A DNA stretch of 64,000 bases from Haliotis rubra (Eukaryota): the NCBI RefSeq assembly GCF_003918875.1, contig NW_025766114.1:1-64000 (forward strand). The letters run 5' to 3'. The position numbers and the translations under genes are program-made. Below are positions 61,601 to 64,000 of the stretch, one piece after another. The notes beneath the pieces are model-generated. The model saw only the letters and a program-made list of their open reading frames with translations, did not search any database and was not told the origin of the DNA. The stretch's first letter is position 1, and every line of letters starts with the position of its first letter.

Positions 61601-61870
61601 GACCCGTGAAGATCCGGGGTAGAATAGGTTTTCAGCAACCCATGCTTGCCACAAAAGGCGACTATGCTTGTCGTAAGAGGCGACTAACGGGATCGGGTGG
61701 TCAGGCTCGCTGACTTGGTTGACACATGTCATCGGTTCCCAATTGCGCAGATCGATGCTCATGCTGTTGATCACTGGATTGTCTGATCCAGACTCGATTA
61801 TTTACAGACCGCCGCCATATAGCTGGAGTATTTCTGGGTGCGGCGTAAAACTAAACTCACTCACTCACTC
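61601..61870 (+). mobile_element. SINE-like element (gtcgtaagaggcgactaa family) with TSD
   Basis: Flanked by the direct repeat tctccgagattc. Confidence 0.85.
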
Positions 61871-63022
61871 TCCGAGATTCATGTGTTTGCAATCCCTATC
61901 TGCGTTCGTGGATTTCTTTTGTAACATTTAGTTATTGTAATTAGCAACATTATCTGTTGTGTAAAGGTAGCAAATCACTGCAAGTCCCCTCGGTTCCTTG
62001 TGTGGTGATCTACCATCAGTTGGTCGCGAACTATAGCCTGTTGTATATTGTATTGTCTTCTTAAGTAAAATAGTTTTAGATTTACATGCTAGTTTTAAAC
62101 GTCATCTGTGATACTCTAGTTATTTTACAGTCCTTTGATGACTGGTCTATTATCAACTTGTATTTATTATGTATGCAAAACCTTTCTCGTTACTATATGA
62201 CTGCATGTCATCGTATCGATGCTCATGCTGTTGATCCCTGGATTGTCTGGTCCAAACTCGACTATGTAGTGACCGCCGCCATATAGCTGGAATATTGCTG
62301 AGTGCGGCGTAAAACTAAACTTACTCACTCACTACTATATGGCTGAACTATTGCCGAGGTGACGTTAAACTGTAACTCACTTACTGTTGTGTAAACGTCA
62401 ATCTGCCAACATTTAACCTTGTATAAACCGTCAACTCTCCACATGTATATAGCCTTTCTACTTCACAATTCTGTACTTCACATGCTTGATAAAATGATGA
62501 CAGTATCTCTAACATATGTTATATTTGGGATTACACTTTCTCAGTAAAGTACATGTTACAGTTCATTCATTTATACCAATCTTCGGCCTTGGAAGCACTG
62601 TCAGTTTACACTATTAGACGTCCGATTTCCATTTTTTTGGAAGCTGCGGGGGCTGAGTGGGTTAGATGGCTGACTTTGTGGTCTGTCGATTAGGTGCCTC
62701 ACTATGATGGGACTCAGCATAACAAAAGTACTAGAATCTGTACTTTACTGATAAAGTGTAATGTCCAAACATAACATATGTTGCATGTGATCACTTTCTA
62801 GAAGGAATTGTTCATATCTACACCAAAACGTCGCACTCGTTGTAATAAAGAAGCCGCCATATAGCTGGAATATTGCTGAGTGCGGCGTAAAACTAAACTC
62901 GCTCACTGTAATAAAGAAGCTGCACATCAATAGTACTGTGTCCTTTGTTCATCGTACCAAATTTCAAATGATTTTGAAAATCATAAACAGGGAGACAAGT
63001 ACACTGATGTGTGTCCGTAATA

Positions 63023-64000
63023 TACTCTCCCAAAAAAAAGAAACGCATCATGAAAATAGCAATTTCATGTAGCAATGAATTAAAACGTGATTCATTTTAA
63101 AAAAAGGTTTTGCTCTGTTTATGAGTCCTATGGTGTTTATGTTTTGAAACATCACAACAAAACGCACCATCCGCAAAATACCCGTATTTAACAGCATGAT
63201 TTTCAATTTCGGCGTGTAGTGTCACAAAATACACAATTCACATGCAATGTACGTGAAAGTTGGGGATCAGATAGTCTCATTGATGGGTATAAAAGGTGAT
63301 CGCTGTCTGTCCATTATTCACTGTATTTGGAATATTGTTGACGAACGCAAAATGCAACGTCTAAGTGAAGCCAACCGTCATATCGCCATTGGTTTGCTTG
63401 AAGCTGGCCAGTCTCAACGTGCAGTTGCCCGACGCATGAATGTTCACTAAAGCACCATTTCACGGCTCTGGGAGAGATATCGCCGGCAGAATGCGGTAGC
63501 AGATGCCCCTCGTAGTGGGCGACCTCGAGCGACCACTGCGGCGCAGGATCGCTACATCCGGGTACATCACCTGCGTCATCGAACAGCTACGGCGACCAGT
63601 ACCGCTCGACAAATACCCGGATTGAGGAGGCTTTCTGAACGGACCGTCAGGAACAGGTTGAGAGAGGCTGGTTTACGTGCCAGCAGACCTTATTTTGGAC
63701 CTGTGCTTCGACAACAACATCGTCGACATCGAGTTCAATGGTGCACCAACGTTCAGGCCTGGAATCTACCGAATTGGCGTAGAATCTGGTTCAGTGATGA
63801 ATCACGATTTCTATTGGAACGACGCGATGGAAGAATGCGGGTGTACAGACGTCGACGTGAACGTTTCGCCGACGCTTGCGTTCCCCAGGTAAACAGATTC
63901 GGCCGGGGCAGTGTTATGATGTGGGGAGCGATCACCTGCCGTAGGAGAAGTGATTTGGTGATGATCCAGGGCAACCCGACAGCTCAATGGTACTGTGACG
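63023..64000 (+). mobile_element. Tc1/mariner transposon (same insertion as 342..1863), cut by the window end
   Basis: TA-tactctcccaaaaaaaagaaacgcat TIR. ATG 63352 gives MQRLSEANRHIAIG; an in-frame TAA at 63448..63450 is followed by an open frame through FSDESRF. Confidence 0.93.

Noticed and set aside
342-64000. Composite transposon formed by two Tc1 copies carrying the receptor cluster
   Set aside because: Both copies share the same upstream flank and orientation, which indicates segmental duplication or assembly overlap rather than a TSD-bounded composite element.

Overview
Repeat-rich, AT-rich animal genomic DNA, not prokaryotic. The SINE/LINE complement with (ACTC)n tails looks molluscan, possibly a gastropod such as abalone; that is an inference. 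The main feature is a tandem, same-strand (+) array of single-exon Cys-loop (pentameric ligand-gated ion channel, nAChR-like) subunit genes. There are eight full or near-full copies (R1-R8) in three subtypes: A = R1, R4, R5; B = R2, R6; C = R3, R7, R8. A 3' fragment and several CDS-less relic flanks are also present. Four copies are intact (R1, R2, R3, R8). R7 has a 2-bp frameshift in M4, R4 is 5'-truncated, R5 has one nonsense codon, and R6 is a B/C chimera split by a MITE. The copies keep the Cys-loop, the gating residues and a cation-type (G)EK M2, but lack the acetylcholine-binding residues: no loop C YxCC, loop B Trp replaced by Phe or Leu, loop A Tyr replaced by Val or Ile. The ligand-pocket loops vary between copies while the M1-M3 DNA is nearly homogeneous. 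This fits a lineage-expanded, non-cholinergic and possibly chemosensory receptor family, architecturally parallel to cephalopod chemotactile receptors. The remaining sequence holds five defective Tc1/mariner elements, an RNase H-bearing I-group LINE with many 3' fragments, several SINE families, hAT and Tc1 MITEs, Penelope relics, nested segmental duplications and one N gap. The first ~1.3 kb of the window is repeated at its end, about 62.7 kb away. All comparisons were made by eye and repeat boundaries are approximate.
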